Shown here piece after piece: positions 32,761 through 44,975 of a stretch of 64,000 nucleotides of DNA (position 1 is its first letter; each line of letters begins with the position of its first letter). Under the pieces are notes generated by a model. That model ran no database searches. It saw only the letters and a program-made list of their open reading frames with translations, and was not told the origin of the DNA. The translations under genes and the position numbers were made by a program. The DNA lies in assembly GCA_963724295.1 (NCBI GenBank), contig CAVRUC010000001.1, forward strand, positions 32,001-96,000, given 5' to 3'. The DNA is from an uncultured Chloroflexia bacterium. Lineage in GTDB: Bacteria; Chloroflexota; Chloroflexia; Thermomicrobiales; UBA6265.

Positions 32761-33339
32761 CTAGCCGCCTTTCGGAATGAGGAGACCGTAGGCGCCATCG
32801 CGGCGGCGGTAGACGACGCTGGGGATGTCTTCGTCCACGTAGTGGAAGAGGAAGAAGTCGTGACCCAGCAGCTCCATCTGCTCGATGGCTTCTTCGACGT
32901 CCATCGGCTTCACCGCGAAGCGTTTGGTGCGGACGAGGTCGCCGACGTCTTGCTCGTCGTCCAGCTCGATCTCGTCGATGGCCGAGATGACCTCTGGCTC
33001 CGGACCACCATCCCGGATGGTCGCTTGACCGGGAGCGTGGCGACGCGACCGTTTGTCATGGACGCGCCGGATCTGGCGCTCGAGCTTGTCGAATGCCTGG
33101 TCGATGGCGACCATCTGGTCGGCCGCGCGCTCTTCGGCGCGGAGGACTTCGCGGCCGGAGCGGATGGTGATTTGCGCGGCCGTGGTGTCGGGACCGACCC
33201 GGTTATGGAGGGCACGCAGTTCGAGCTTGGCGTCGACGACTCGATTGAGCATGCGGTCAAGTCGAGTCGCGCGCCTGTCGATGAACTCGCGCAGGCCGTC
33301 GTTGATCCTGACGCCGTTACCGCGGACCTGAATCTCCAT
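32761..33339 (-). CDS. hpf: Ribosome hibernation promoting factor (long HPF)
   Basis: LRAEE...AIDQAFDKLERQIRR; C-terminal VRTKRFAVKPMDVEEAIEQMELLGHDFFLF...VVYRRRDGAYGLL. Confidence 0.95.
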   Translation of the reverse strand: MEIQVRGNGVRINDGLREFIDRRATRLDRMLNRVVDAKLELRALHNRVGPDTTAAQITIRSGREVLRAEERAADQMVAIDQAFDKLERQIRRVHDKRSRRHAPGQATIRDGGPEPEVISAIDEIELDDEQDVGDLVRTKRFAVKPMDVEEAIEQMELLGHDFFLFHYVDEDIPSVVYRRRDGAYGLLIPKGG

Positions 33340-33453
33340 CGACGCGCTCCTTCCTGACCTTAAGGATGCGACCGCGGCGAGGGGTGGGCTCGCCTCGCCG
33401 ACGGCAACGGAGGAATCGCGAAGGGTGTAAAGCAGTGAGCGAGTGCAAATCGG

Positions 33454-33526
33454 TGCCCGCGGAGGGACTCGAACCCCCGACGCCCACCTTAGGACGGTGG
33501 CGCTCTATCCGCTGAGCTACACGGGC
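33454..33526 (-). tRNA. tRNA-Arg(CCT)
   Basis: GCCCGTG/CGCGGGC acceptor stem, D arm GCTC/GAGC, anticodon arm CCACC-GTCCTAA-GGTGG, TTCGAGT T-loop; CCA not encoded. Confidence 0.9.
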
Positions 33527-33725
33527 ATGAGGAACCATAACCACTGTAATAACCATGCTAGCACAGCCCATGCCGTGGATCCTCATGATGCGCCTCGGGG
33601 CGGCCGTTGAGTGTACGTACACCCGGGTTCAGATTGATGTTGTTGACGGCGACATCAGCCACCCTCGATGTCGCAGCCGGGTCAGACCACGCATCACAAG
33701 CCAGTAATGGCTCTAGACAACCGAA

Positions 33726-33754
33726 TTGCCGGTATACCTGCCCTATGGTATCTT
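33726..33754 (+). promoter_or_regulatory. Sigma-70-type promoter for tRNA-Pro/selA
   Basis: TTGCCG, 17 nt spacer, extended TG-G-TATCTT. Confidence 0.5.
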
Positions 33755-33763
33755 CGACAAATG

Positions 33764-33840
<77 letters not shown>

Positions 33841-33892
33841 GCACCGGGAGTGGCTCCGCGCCGCTCCCGTTCTTGTTTCGGATTCGCCTGCC

Positions 33893-35335
33893 ATGCCGAG
33901 CCCTCATCCCACCTCCAGCGGCGATGCGACCACCGGCGTTCGTCTCAGCGAGAGCATTTCCGACGCTAACGGCGACCGATTTCGGGAAATTCCCCCTGTC
34001 TCGGCGATCGTGGCCGAGGCGAAGCGGCTGGGAAGTGAAATCACCGAAGATGCGCTGACGCGCCTGGCGCGAGCCGAGCTTGAGGATGTACGCCAGGCGA
34101 TCGTCGCCGGCGAAACGCTCAACCGGCCGCAGATCGAGCGACGCGTCACCGACGCAATAGCCGCGTTGGAGCAGCCGCGTCTCGCCGCGGTTCTCAATGC
34201 CACCGGCGTCGTCATTCATACCAACCTCGGTCGCGCGCCGGTGAGCGAGGAGACGGCCGAGGCAATGCGCGAGGCGGCCGCCCACGCGGTCCCGCTCGAA
34301 ATCGAGCGGGAGAGCAACGAGCGCGGTGGCCGGATGCGCGAGATCTCCGGGCTGCTGCGCGCGCTGACCGGGGCAGAAGCGGCGCTGGTCGTGAACAACT
34401 GTGCCTCCGCGGTGCTTTTGGTGCTGGCCGCGGTAGCGACCGGCAAGGAGGTCGTCGTTTCGCGGGGAGAAGCCGTTGAGATCGGTGGTGGATTCCGCGT
34501 CCCTGACGTCCTGCGCCAGTCAGGGGCGCGTCTGGTCGAGGTCGGCACCACGAACCGGACCTACGCCCGCGACTATGCGACCGCGACGAATGAAGAGACC
34601 GGCGCCTTCTTGAAAGTGCACCCGAGCAATTTCCGAGCGTTCGGGTTTGTCCACTCCGCTTCGACGGCAGAGTTGGTCGTGCTGGCGCGCGAGCATGGGC
34701 TGCCGGTTCTGGAAGACCTTGGCAGCGGAGCGCTACTCGATACATCCCGCTTCGGCCTTGCGCCGGAGCCGACGATTATTGAAGCCATTGCCGCCGGCGC
34801 GGATCTCGTCATGGCGAGCGCCGACAAGCTGCTTGGTGGGCCTCAGGGCGGAATCATCATCGGGTCCGCTTCATGGGTTGAGCGTGTCGCCCGTCACCCC
34901 CTGGCGCGTGCCGTGCGCGCCGACAAGACCGCCCTCGCGGGCATCGCGACGACGCTACGCCACTACCTGCGAGGAGAGGCGGAATCACGCGTGCCGATCT
35001 GGCGCATGATCACGGCGCCGGCAGACACGATTCAGATGCGGGCGACGGCCCTGGCTGCCGCACTAGGGCAGGACGGTGTGGGAGCCGGTGTCGAGCCCGT
35101 GCAGGCCACTGTCGGCGGCGGATCGCTCCCCGGCGAGACACTGCCCAGCTGGGCTATCGTGCTCTCTCCCGCTGTTGGAGAGGGCGTCGATACCCTGGCC
35201 CGCCGAGTCCGGCTGGGCGACCCGGGCGTTTTTGGACGCATCGACCAAGACCGACTCCTGCTCGATCTGCGGACCGTCTTGCCTGAGGATGACGAGACCC
35301 TGCTTCGCTCTCTGCGCCACTCGCTGGGAACGTAG
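33893..35335 (+). CDS. selA: L-seryl-tRNA(Sec) selenium transferase
   Basis: NATGVVIHTNLGRAP, VSRGEAVEIGGGFRVPD, EVGTTNRT, KVHPSNF, DLGSG, SADKLLGGPQ, VGGGSLP. Confidence 0.96.
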   Translation: MPSPHPTSSGDATTGVRLSESISDANGDRFREIPPVSAIVAEAKRLGSEITEDALTRLARAELEDVRQAIVAGETLNRPQIERRVTDAIAALEQPRLAAVLNATGVVIHTNLGRAPVSEETAEAMREAAAHAVPLEIERESNERGGRMREISGLLRALTGAEAALVVNNCASAVLLVLAAVATGKEVVVSRGEAVEIGGGFRVPDVLRQSGARLVEVGTTNRTYARDYATATNEETGAFLKVHPSNFRAFGFVHSASTAELVVLAREHGLPVLEDLGSGALLDTSRFGLAPEPTIIEAIAAGADLVMASADKLLGGPQGGIIIGSASWVERVARHPLARAVRADKTALAGIATTLRHYLRGEAESRVPIWRMITAPADTIQMRATALAAALGQDGVGAGVEPVQATVGGGSLPGETLPSWAIVLSPAVGEGVDTLARRVRLGDPGVFGRIDQDRLLLDLRTVLPEDDETLLRSLRHSLGT

Positions 35336-35344
35336 AAGACGGGG

Positions 35345-37258
35345 CTACCGCCCCGAGGCCGCCTGGGGCCGATCTCCGTCCCGTGTATCGCGAAAATACG
35401 GGCTGGGTGGCGGGTAGAACTGCCGGTGGCGCTCGTAGAGCGCCGATAGCTGCTGGCGCAGATCGCTCAACGCCTCCAGATCATCCGTCTCCTCGGCGGC
35501 CGCGATGCTGCTCTGCAGCTGGCCCATCAGATAGTCGAACCGCTCCTTCTCGAGCCGGATCAGGGCGCGCCGAGCGTCGCGCTCGATCTGGCCGGGGTAT
35601 TGGCTCGGGGTCTGCTCGAGTCGTTCCAGGAGCACTTCGGCGTGATCGGCGACGGCATCGTCGAGACCAGCGACGATCATCTCCGCCGCCATCTGCAAAG
35701 GAATCTCAGGATCTTGCAGGACGCGTAGCAATTCCCGATTGCGCGCATCGGCCAGAACCTCCATGGGCACCACAGGCAGGACGTGCTGGCAGATTTCCCG
35801 GTAACGCAATAGCAGCGCCAGAAGGTGGTCCTCGTTCGAGGAGCGTGTGGCAGCAGTTGGCGCCGCAACTCGAGAGGAGCGCGGCGCGGTACTCCGCACC
35901 GCGCCGCGGCGAAGCTCGCGCAAGACGCTGCTCTCCGGAAGCTGCAGCTTGCGGGCGATGATCCCGGCGTAGTGCGCCTGCACGACCTGATCGCCGGCGG
36001 CCTCGAGAAGTGGTATCAGCCGCCGCACCGACGCCGCTTTGGCCGGCGCATCGGCGAGGTCAACGGCTGAGAGCGCGGCGTCAATATAGAAATCGAGAAA
36101 TGGCTGGGCGCTGGCGACGACGGCCGGCCAGGAGGCGGCATCACGCCGGATCAGCTCATCGGGGTCTTTGCCTTCCGGTAAGCGCACGATCGAGATCTGG
36201 CTCTTGAAGCGGCGCTGCCAGACGATCATCGTCTCGGCCCGCGGCCGGCTGGCGTCACGCTCGGCGCCGATCGGTGTCAGCTCCTGGTCGAGCGCTCCCG
36301 GAAGCATCTCCAGGGAGCGGACGGTGGCGCCTTGACCGGCCGCGTCGGCGTCGAGGGCAAGCACGATGTTGCGACTCAACCGTTTGACGAGCCCGATCTG
36401 CTGTTCCGTGACGGCGGTGCCCATCGCGGCGACGACATTCGGGTAACCGTATTGGTGGGCGGCGATGGCATCCATGTACCCCTCGACGATGACGACCTGA
36501 TCGTCCCGCCGGATGGACTCCTGAGCCAGATCGAGTCCAAAGAGGAGCGTGCTCTTGTCGAAGATCACGGACTGGGGAGAGTTGAGATACTTCGGGATGG
36601 CGTCGCCGAGCGCGCGGCCGCCGAAGCCGACGACGCGGCCCTCCCGCGTGCGGATAGGGAAGAGCAGGCGATTGCGGAATCGATCGCGGTAGCCGCCGCT
36701 CTCTCGCTCGCTGAGGAGGCCCGCCTCCGCCGCGAGCGCGGGATCGACTCCGCGCTGGTTCAGGTAACGACCCAGCGCGTCGCCATCGGGAGCAAAGCCC
36801 AGACCAAAACGTTCCGCGATCTCGGCCGAGACACCGCGCTGTGTGAGCACGTCGCGACCAGCGGCCCCTGGGGTGGTGTTGCGCAAGATGTTGGTGTAAT
36901 ACGCCGCGGCCAGCTCGTTGAGCTCGACCAGCCGGTTGCGATGTGCGTCGACTTCCGGAGGCAGAGTCGGTGCATTGACGAGTTCGATGCCCGCCCGCTT
37001 GGCGAGCTCCTGCAAAGCGTCGCGGAACTCGACATGCTCGACACCCATATAGAACGTGAAGACATCGCCGCCCCGACCGCAGCCGAAGCAATGGAAGTTG
37101 CCCGACTCCGGGAAGACGACAAAGGAGGGGGTCTTTTCCTGATGGAATGGACAGAGACCCTTGAATGATCGCCCGGTCTTTTTGAGCTGAACGTAGTTGG
37201 AGACGAGATCGACGATCTCGGTGCGATCCCGTACTTCCGCGACGGCATCCCGGGCCAT
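35345..37258 (-). CDS. dnaG: DNA primase
   Basis: CPFHQEKTPSF...CFGC zinc finger, FGGR, KYLNSP, VEGYMD, DADAAG. Confidence 0.98.
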   Translation of the reverse strand: MARDAVAEVRDRTEIVDLVSNYVQLKKTGRSFKGLCPFHQEKTPSFVVFPESGNFHCFGCGRGGDVFTFYMGVEHVEFRDALQELAKRAGIELVNAPTLPPEVDAHRNRLVELNELAAAYYTNILRNTTPGAAGRDVLTQRGVSAEIAERFGLGFAPDGDALGRYLNQRGVDPALAAEAGLLSERESGGYRDRFRNRLLFPIRTREGRVVGFGGRALGDAIPKYLNSPQSVIFDKSTLLFGLDLAQESIRRDDQVVIVEGYMDAIAAHQYGYPNVVAAMGTAVTEQQIGLVKRLSRNIVLALDADAAGQGATVRSLEMLPGALDQELTPIGAERDASRPRAETMIVWQRRFKSQISIVRLPEGKDPDELIRRDAASWPAVVASAQPFLDFYIDAALSAVDLADAPAKAASVRRLIPLLEAAGDQVVQAHYAGIIARKLQLPESSVLRELRRGAVRSTAPRSSRVAAPTAATRSSNEDHLLALLLRYREICQHVLPVVPMEVLADARNRELLRVLQDPEIPLQMAAEMIVAGLDDAVADHAEVLLERLEQTPSQYPGQIERDARRALIRLEKERFDYLMGQLQSSIAAAEETDDLEALSDLRQQLSALYERHRQFYPPPSPYFRDTRDGDRPQAASGR

Positions 37259-37294
37259 ATTGTCGTGCTCCCCGGGGAGACCCTGGCTCCCCGC

Positions 37295-38338
37295 TCAGAC
37301 GGACCAATGGTGCGGGACGAAGATCTCTTCGTAGAGCTCGATCGCGTAGCGGTCGGTCATGCTCGCCACGAAATCGGCCACGCGCCGCGGGGATTCTGCA
37401 TCGCTGCGGGATCGGTACTCCGCCGGAAGTCGATCGGGGTCTTCGAGGAAGTGCGCGTAGAGCGCGCGGACGATGTGCTGCGCCCGCTGCGTGTTCGCAT
37501 CCTCGTTGAGCGGAGTGTACACCTGACGGAAGAGGAACTCCCGTAACGAGTCGGCGGCCTGCTGGACGTGGGGCGAGATGGCGATGAAGCCGGGCGCTGA
37601 CGAGGCGTCGGAATGGGCAATGACGTCGCTGACGAGTGTATTGATGCGGCGTGAGTGGGTCGCCCCCAGAACCTCGACGATGTCTGGCGGGATAGCTTCT
37701 ACCGCAACCAGACCGGCTCGCAGCGCGTCGTCGAGATCATGATTGATATAGGCGATGCCGTCGGCGATCCGAACGACCTCACCTTCGAGCGTATCCGCCA
37801 CGCCCGCCGCGGAGTGGGTGATTCCCGAGCGGAGCTTGGAGTGACGAAGAATGCCGTCGCGGACAGGAAACGTCAAATTGAGACCGCGCCCATCCCGTTC
37901 TAGATAATCGACGACACGAAGACTCTGCTCGTTGTGGCGAAAGCCAGGAAAGGCTTCGGCCAGAGCTGCCTCGCCGGCATGGCCGAACGGCGTGTGACCC
38001 AGATCGTGGCCGAGACCGATCGCCTCGACGAGGTCCTCGTTGAGGAGGAGCGCCCGGCCGATAGTGCGAGCGATCTGGGTCACCTCGAGGGTATGGGTGA
38101 GGCGGGTTCGGTAGTGGTCGCCGGCGGGAGCGATAAAGACCTGGGTCTTGTGCATCAGGCGGCGGAAGCTCTTGGAGTGCAGGACGCGATCGCGGTCGCG
38201 CTGGAACGCGGTCCGCAAGTCGGACTCTGGTTCAGGCGAGGGTCGTTGGGCTCCCCGGCTTGGCGTGCCGGCGGCGGCGAGAAACTGCGCTTCCTGCGCT
38301 TCCTGGCGTTCCCGAATTGTAGTCACGGCGTCCGTCAC
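37295..38338 (-). CDS. dgt: Deoxyguanosinetriphosphate triphosphohydrolase (HD family)
   Basis: FQRDRDRVLHSKSFRRLMHKTQV, RTRLTHTLEV, GHDLGHTPFGHAGE, DFVASMTD; start inferred. Confidence 0.93.
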   Translation of the reverse strand: MTDAVTTIRERQEAQEAQFLAAAGTPSRGAQRPSPEPESDLRTAFQRDRDRVLHSKSFRRLMHKTQVFIAPAGDHYRTRLTHTLEVTQIARTIGRALLLNEDLVEAIGLGHDLGHTPFGHAGEAALAEAFPGFRHNEQSLRVVDYLERDGRGLNLTFPVRDGILRHSKLRSGITHSAAGVADTLEGEVVRIADGIAYINHDLDDALRAGLVAVEAIPPDIVEVLGATHSRRINTLVSDVIAHSDASSAPGFIAISPHVQQAADSLREFLFRQVYTPLNEDANTQRAQHIVRALYAHFLEDPDRLPAEYRSRSDAESPRRVADFVASMTDRYAIELYEEIFVPHHWSV

Positions 38339-38384
38339 GACATATCCCCGAAGCGTCGATGCGGGATCATGACGGCCATCCGCT

Positions 38385-40643
38385 TTAATCGATGACGTCC
38401 ATAGCGGCGAGACTTGCGAGCAGGCGCTTCGTCCCGTGGCGCACGAAGTTGACCGCAACTTCCTGGTCACCGCCGCGCTCACTGGCTTCGATGACCTGGC
38501 CCTCCCCGAACTTCGGATGAAAGACCGTCTGTCCCGGCTCGTAGGTCATCGCGAATACGTCGGGCACAATTGCGGCGGAGCCAGAGCCGCGCACCTTGTC
38601 GCGCAGACTGCCTGCTGATCCCGGGCGAAGCGCGCCGCGGCGACCCAGACTGCGCAGGAGATGGTCAGGGATCGACTGCAGGAACCGCGAGGGTACGGAA
38701 TAGCCGAACCGGCCGTAGGTGGCGCGCGAGCTGGCGTAGGTCAGATAGAGCAGCCGCTTTGCGCGGGTCATGCCGACGTAGAAGAGACGACGCTCCTCTT
38801 CCAGTTCCTCCGGGTTGAGGTGCTCGTTCTCGATGGCGCGGCTGATGGGCAACAGGCCCTCCTCAACGCCGGCCACGAAGACCACCGGAAATTCCAGACC
38901 CTTCGCCGAGTGAAGCGTGATCAGGGTGACGCGGCCGCGCTCATCAGTGTCGAGACTGTCGACGTCGGCAACCAGGGCGACCCGCTCCAGATAGGGAGCG
39001 ATCGTCTCGGAGGCCGGGGCGTCGCCGAGCCGCTCCAGCTCGGAACGGAGCTCGAGAATGTTAGCCCAGCGGTCGAGATCCTCTTCCTCTGTGCGATCGA
39101 ATGTGGCTCCATAGCCGGTGCGATCGACGATTGCATCGAAAAGTCCGGTGAGGGGAGTGTCCAGCGCCGTGTCTCGCAATGATGCAATCACCGAGCCGAC
39201 TCGCCGCGCCGCTGCGCGCGCGTTTCCGGAGAGAGCCGGAGTGTTCTCGGCGTCGCTCGCCCCGGCTATCGCCAGGAACCCATCCAGCATCGGGCGGCGC
39301 TCGGTGACCGCCCAGGTTCGGATCTCTTCGAGCGCGCGCGGACCGAGTCCGCGTCCGATGGGGAGATTGCCGACGACGCGTTCCAGGGCGATGCTGTCGG
39401 CTGGATTGTGGAGCAGGCGGAACATCGCCAGGACGTCCTTGACTTCCTTGCGCTCGTAGAAGCGGACGCCGCCGATGACTTGGTAGGGGATGCCGCGGAA
39501 CCGCAATCCTTCCTCGATGGCCCGGCTTTGCGCCGTGGTGCGGTACATGACGGCCACGTCGTCGTAGGCAACACCGTCGATCTCCGCCATGCGCCGGATC
39601 TCGTCGGTGATGAACTGGGCTTCATGCGCCTGGTCCGACAGCTCGCGCAGGACGATCTGCTCTCCGTCATCGTTCTCCGTGCGCAGGCGACGGTCGATGC
39701 GGGCCACGTTTTCGCGGATAACGCGGTCGGCGGCTTCGACAATGCGAGCAGTCGAACGGTAATTCAGCTCCAGGTGGATCTGGCGAGCATCGGGGTAATC
39801 CTTCTCGAAATCGAGGATGTTGCGAATGTCGGCCTGGCGCCAGCCGTAGATCGACTGGTCAGGGTCGCCGACGACGAACAGGTTGCGGTGCCGCTCTGCC
39901 AGCGCGGAGACCAGCACGTACTGCACGCGATTGGTGTCCTGATACTCGTCGACCATGACGTGCAAGAAGCGCTCCTGATAGCGTTGCAGAAGGTGGGGAG
40001 CTTCCTCGAAAAGGTTGATCGGTTGGGTGAGCAAGTCATCGAAATCGAGCGCGCTGGCCCGACGCAGGAGACGCTCGTACTCCTGGTAGACCCGAGCGAT
40101 GACCTCTTCGTCGTAGGTCGCGGCCTCATTCCGGAACTCGTCGGGGGAAATCAACTGGCTCTTGGCGGCAGAGATGCGAGCGCGCAGACGGCGGGGCTGG
40201 TAGAGCTTCGGATCGAGACCCACGTTCTTCAGCGCGGCCTTGACTGTTTCGATCTGGTCGCCGTCGTCATAGATCGAGAACTGCGGCATGATCCCCAGCC
40301 GGTCAGCCACGATCCCCGGATTCTCGCGCAGCAGGCGCGCTCCGAAGGCATGGAATGTGCCCATGGTGATGCCATCGAGCGGCCGTCCCTGGCGGAGTTG
40401 CTCGATGCGGGCCCGCATCTCGCGGGCCGCCTTGTTGGTGAAAGTCACGGCCAGGATGCGGTCGCCCGGGACCTGCTCGACCTCCATGAGGTAGGCGATA
40501 CGGTGGGTGAGCACGCGGGTTTTGCCCGACCCGGGTCCGGCGACGACCAGTACCGGTCCGCTGGTCGCGAGCACGGCTTCGCGCTGCGCGTCATTCAGCC
40601 CGCTGAGAAGTTCGGTTGCGATAGCGGACGTGATCGAATCCAA
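38385..40643 (-). CDS. pcrA: PcrA/UvrD ATP-dependent DNA helicase
   Basis: AGPGSGKT, VDEYQDTN, VGDPDQSIYGWR, NYRST, HSAKGLEF, EEERRLFYVGMTRA; start inferred. Confidence 0.96.
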   Translation of the reverse strand: MDSITSAIATELLSGLNDAQREAVLATSGPVLVVAGPGSGKTRVLTHRIAYLMEVEQVPGDRILAVTFTNKAAREMRARIEQLRQGRPLDGITMGTFHAFGARLLRENPGIVADRLGIMPQFSIYDDGDQIETVKAALKNVGLDPKLYQPRRLRARISAAKSQLISPDEFRNEAATYDEEVIARVYQEYERLLRRASALDFDDLLTQPINLFEEAPHLLQRYQERFLHVMVDEYQDTNRVQYVLVSALAERHRNLFVVGDPDQSIYGWRQADIRNILDFEKDYPDARQIHLELNYRSTARIVEAADRVIRENVARIDRRLRTENDDGEQIVLRELSDQAHEAQFITDEIRRMAEIDGVAYDDVAVMYRTTAQSRAIEEGLRFRGIPYQVIGGVRFYERKEVKDVLAMFRLLHNPADSIALERVVGNLPIGRGLGPRALEEIRTWAVTERRPMLDGFLAIAGASDAENTPALSGNARAAARRVGSVIASLRDTALDTPLTGLFDAIVDRTGYGATFDRTEEEDLDRWANILELRSELERLGDAPASETIAPYLERVALVADVDSLDTDERGRVTLITLHSAKGLEFPVVFVAGVEEGLLPISRAIENEHLNPEELEEERRLFYVGMTRAKRLLYLTYASSRATYGRFGYSVPSRFLQSIPDHLLRSLGRRGALRPGSAGSLRDKVRGSGSAAIVPDVFAMTYEPGQTVFHPKFGEGQVIEASERGGDQEVAVNFVRHGTKRLLASLAAMDVID

Positions 40644-40793
40644 GGGCGGCGGTCTGCTCCGGACGTCTCTAGACCCGCAACGGGGGCGTGAGAAGTCTAG
40701 CATCGAGGCTGGTGGCATCCTGCCGGTTAGGCCCTCCCGGCCCGCCGCGTTTGACGCTCCGAAGCCGATCCAGTTACCATTTTCCCTAGAATT

Positions 40794-40868
40794 GCCGACG
40801 TAGCTCAGCGGCAGAGCAAGGGACTCATAAGCCCTTGGCCGGTGGTTCGATTCCACCCGTCGGCACCA
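40794..40868 (+). tRNA. tRNA with CAT anticodon, non-initiator (Ile2 or elongator Met)
   Basis: GCCGACG/CGTCGGC fully paired acceptor stem, loop CTCATAA, encoded CCA; promoter TTGACG-18-TACCAT at 40751-40780. Confidence 0.92.
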
Positions 40869-40869
40869 G

Positions 40870-42012
40870 GTGAACCCCACGAGAAATCACACACGCGGCG
40901 AGCGATCCGGAAGCGCGGCGTCTCCTGCGAGGCGGCGCGGCCGAGCCCGCCGGCGTACGCCGGTCGGGTTCGAGCAGCGCCTGCTGGCTCGCGCACGGGC
41001 CGTGGAGTTCGCGGCTCACGATCGGATCGCGGTCGGATTCTCCGGCGGCCGTGACTCGCTGGCGCTCGCCGCCGCGTTGGGGTGGGTGCAGGCGTCCCTC
41101 GGCGTCGAACCGGTGCTCGTCCACGTCGACCACCAGTTGCGCCCATCTTCTGGCGACGAAGCAACGCGAGCCGCCGAACTTGCCGAATCGCTCGAACTGG
41201 AATTTCAGGCAGTTAGGGTTTCAACGCCGCCGACCGATATCCATTCCGGAGTCGGGGTGGAGGAGGCGGCACGCCGGGAGCGCTACCAGTGTCTTTTCGA
41301 GGTGGCGGCGTGCTTCGGTGCGCGCGCCGTGGCCACGGCGCATCATCGCGGCGACCAGGCGGAGACGGTGCTGTTGCATCTCCTGCGCGGGTCGGGCGTG
41401 CACGGGGCCGGCGCGATGGCCGAGCGCTCGGCACCCCCATTCCCCGACCCCGGCTCCCCTCGCGACATATCCCCAGAGAACCAGGGAATCAGGGCATGGC
41501 TGTGGCGTCCATTGTTGAACGAGCCGCGCGAGGTCATCGAGGCGTACGTCGCGACACTGGGTCTGGTGCCTGTCGAGGATCCGTCCAACAGCGATACAGC
41601 GTTGCGGCGCAACGCATTGCGCCATGACGTGTTTCCGGTGCTGGAGACGCATTTCCCGGGTGCGGCGAGCGCGCTGGCGCGATACGCGGCCCTTGCCGCC
41701 GAAGATGACCGCGCGCTGCAAGCGCTGGCGCTGCCCGTCCTCAGGGCAGCAGTCGACCCGGGTGGACGGCTTGTGGCGGCTTCGTTGCGCGGGCAACCGC
41801 CGGCCGTTCAGCGGCGCGTGATCCGCGGCTGGCTGGAGGAGGCCACGAACGCGAACTGGCTCTCCGCCGAACGGACCGACGCCGTGCTCCTGCTTGCCCA
41901 ATCAAGACAGAGTGGACCAGCGCTCGAGATCGGTGAGGGCTGGACGGTTCGCCTCGAGCGCGGGATGCTGAGCCTGGAGCGGACGGCGAGCCGAAACGAG
42001 GAGGGCCCATGA
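40870..42012 (+). CDS. tilS: tRNA(Ile)-lysidine synthetase (start uncertain)
   Basis: SGGRDS PP-loop, HVDHQLR, EEAARRERY, TAHHRGDQAETVL, RPLL, EDPSN, RNALRH. Confidence 0.95.
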   Translation: MNPTRNHTRGERSGSAASPARRRGRARRRTPVGFEQRLLARARAVEFAAHDRIAVGFSGGRDSLALAAALGWVQASLGVEPVLVHVDHQLRPSSGDEATRAAELAESLELEFQAVRVSTPPTDIHSGVGVEEAARRERYQCLFEVAACFGARAVATAHHRGDQAETVLLHLLRGSGVHGAGAMAERSAPPFPDPGSPRDISPENQGIRAWLWRPLLNEPREVIEAYVATLGLVPVEDPSNSDTALRRNALRHDVFPVLETHFPGAASALARYAALAAEDDRALQALALPVLRAAVDPGGRLVAASLRGQPPAVQRRVIRGWLEEATNANWLSAERTDAVLLLAQSRQSGPALEIGEGWTVRLERGMLSLERTASRNEEGP

Positions 42013-42575
42013 CTTGCAGCGACGGGGAGCCACGCGCGGCCGGTGTGGCCCGGATCCTGATAGATGACCGCGAGATTCGGGCGCGGACCGCCGAGATGGC
42101 GAAGGAGCTCGATCAGACGTACGGCGATGACGTGCCCCTCCTGGTGGGAGTGCTCAATGGCGCCATCACGTTCATGACGGACTTGATGCGGGAGATGACG
42201 ATCCCGCTCGAAGTCGATTTCATGGCGGTCTCCTCGTATGGCGCGGCGACGCAAAGCTCGGGCGTCGTGCGCATCCTGAAGGATCTCAACGAGGACATCG
42301 AGGGTCGACGCGTTGTTGTTGTCGAAGACATCGTTGACAGCGGTCTCACGCTGCAGTACTTGCTCGATGTGCTGCAGCGGCGGAACCCTCGCGACCTGCG
42401 AGTCGTCGCATTATTGAAGAAGGAGAAACCGGAGGCGATCGAGGTCCAGGTTGACCTGGTCGGTTTCACGATCCCGGACGAGTTTGTGATTGGCTACGGC
42501 CTTGACTACGCGGGGAAATATCGCAATCTGCCGTATGTTGCGGTCCTCGATCCGAGAATGTATGCAGGAGAGTGA
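42009..42575 (+). CDS. hpt: Hypoxanthine phosphoribosyltransferase
   Basis: VSSYG, VVEDIVDSGLTL, FVIGYGLDYAGKYRNLPY. Confidence 0.97.
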   Translation: MTCSDGEPRAAGVARILIDDREIRARTAEMAKELDQTYGDDVPLLVGVLNGAITFMTDLMREMTIPLEVDFMAVSSYGAATQSSGVVRILKDLNEDIEGRRVVVVEDIVDSGLTLQYLLDVLQRRNPRDLRVVALLKKEKPEAIEVQVDLVGFTIPDEFVIGYGLDYAGKYRNLPYVAVLDPRMYAGE

Positions 42576-42660
42576 GGTTGCGTTAACCAGTGATATACTC
42601 GCGCCGCGCGGCACCGCGGCAAACCGATGATCACCCCGGTCCCTCGCGGGAGATTCGTTA

Positions 42661-44640
<1,980 letters not shown>

Positions 44641-44670
44641 TCTGATCGAGAACTGATTGCGAGAAACACA

Positions 44671-44699
44671 AACGACCCGGTGCATGGCACCGGGTCGTT
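44671..44699. terminator. Bidirectional hairpin between ftsH and tRNA-Ala
   Basis: AACGACCCGGTGC-ATG-GCACCGGGTCGTT. Confidence 0.8.
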
Positions 44700-44716
44700 C
44701 TGTTCCTTGGCTCGGG

Positions 44717-44789
<73 letters not shown>

Positions 44790-44805
44790 GTGCGTGGACC
44801 GATTG

Positions 44806-44887
44806 AGTATACGGACTCTGACGACCCACGGTCAAAGCACGAGCCGACACCGCACCGGTAGACTGCGGATTTGGCACGACGTATACT
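44806..44887. promoter_or_regulatory. Divergent sigma-70-type promoters for tRNA-Ala and tRNA-Gly
   Basis: Minus strand: TTGACC-18-TATACT (44835-44806). Plus strand: TAGACT-17-TATACT (44859-44887). Confidence 0.7.
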
Positions 44888-44899
44888 CGATAGAACGAT

Positions 44900-44975
44900 G
44901 CGGGGGTAACTCAGTTGGTAGAGTACCTGCTTCCCAAGCAGGCTGTCGCGGGTTCGAGTCCCGTCCCCCGCTCCA
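44900..44975 (+). tRNA. tRNA-Gly(CCC)
   Basis: GCGGGGG/CCCCCGC acceptor stem, anticodon arm CCTGC-TTCCCAA-GCAGG, T73 plus CCA. Confidence 0.96.

Noticed and set aside
33444..33458. Sigma-54-like site upstream of hpf (GGCACCGATTTGCA, minus strand)
   Set aside because: The spacing is GG-N9-GC and it overlaps the tRNA-Arg 3' end.
44872..44887. TGGCACG as a sigma-54 site before tRNA-Gly
   Set aside because: The -12 position is AC, not GC; it is explained as the spacer of a TAGACT-17-TATACT promoter.
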